From the NCBI GenBank assembly GCA_017436525.1, contig JAFSCX010000045.1, positions 17,253-81,252 of the forward strand: DNA of 64,000 bases. The letters run 5' to 3'. Origin of the DNA: Clostridia bacterium. Lineage in GTDB: Bacteria; Bacillota; Clostridia; Oscillospirales; QAKW01. The position numbers and the translations under genes are program-made. This document shows positions 63,962 through 64,000 of the stretch, one piece after another (position 1 is the stretch's first letter; every line of letters begins with the position of its first letter). The notes under the pieces were generated by a model, which was not told the DNA's origin, searched no databases, and worked only from the letters and a program-made list of their open reading frames with translations.

Positions 63962-64000
63962 TCAGATCGTAAAACTTACCGTCAACGCATCGTGCTCGGA
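63962..64000 (-). CDS. C-terminal end of a further EEP family gene (5' part beyond the window)
   Basis: The minus strand reads ...SEHDALTVSFTI-stop, which is the S(D/E)H C-terminal motif of the family. The stop lies 9 nt upstream of the next gene's start. Confidence 0.5.
   Translation of the reverse strand, partial: SEHDALTVSFTI

Noticed and set aside
54898-64000. addB-addA plus three nuclease-fold EEP genes as a combined defence or DNA-processing island.
   Set aside because: AddAB is the standard Firmicute end-resection complex with its own operon structure. A terminator (61789..61812) separates the EEP cluster from addB. I see no shared regulation or known partnership.

Overview
A 64 kb chromosomal segment from a Firmicute, probably class Clostridia, with moderate GC judged by eye. 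All calls come from reading the sequence and ORF track by eye, with no searches or folding programs. Most of the window is housekeeping. It holds the dgt-dnaG-sigA operon, trmK-nif3-rqcH, a tightly overlapped thyX-tmk-DUF2156-DJ1-CPBP operon, and a glycogen/alpha-glucan set (GH13 hydrolase, glgC-glgD-glgA, glgP, distant malQ). It also holds PiT/DUF47, ackA, tmcAL, rnj, prs, rhaA, mntP, ung, galM and addB-addA. Accessory content includes two tandem giant secreted GLUG-repeat surface proteins, one carrying a cohesin-like module plus a dockerin. There are five endonuclease/exonuclease/phosphatase (EEP) paralogs in two clusters, and a small AT-rich XRE + SLOG/DUF1273 pair next to tRNA-Lys. I found no transposase, integrase, CRISPR array, cas gene or rRNA. 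Three non-coding signals stand out. (1) At 14.5-14.7 kb (minus strand) the catalytic-core motifs of a glmS-type GlcN6P ribozyme sit behind a consensus sigma-A promoter, with no glmS gene downstream, only a hairpin and the antisense 3' end of malQ. (2) tRNA-Lys(UUU) is followed by two tandem 170-bp units, each re-creating the last 29 nt of the tRNA plus a terminator hairpin and a GC-rich insert. (3) Seven copies of a 19-23 bp palindrome, spaced 41-42 bp apart, lie between the glgP terminator and the promoter of a CPBP protease gene. Many long ORFs in the track are antisense shadows of real genes and were rejected.
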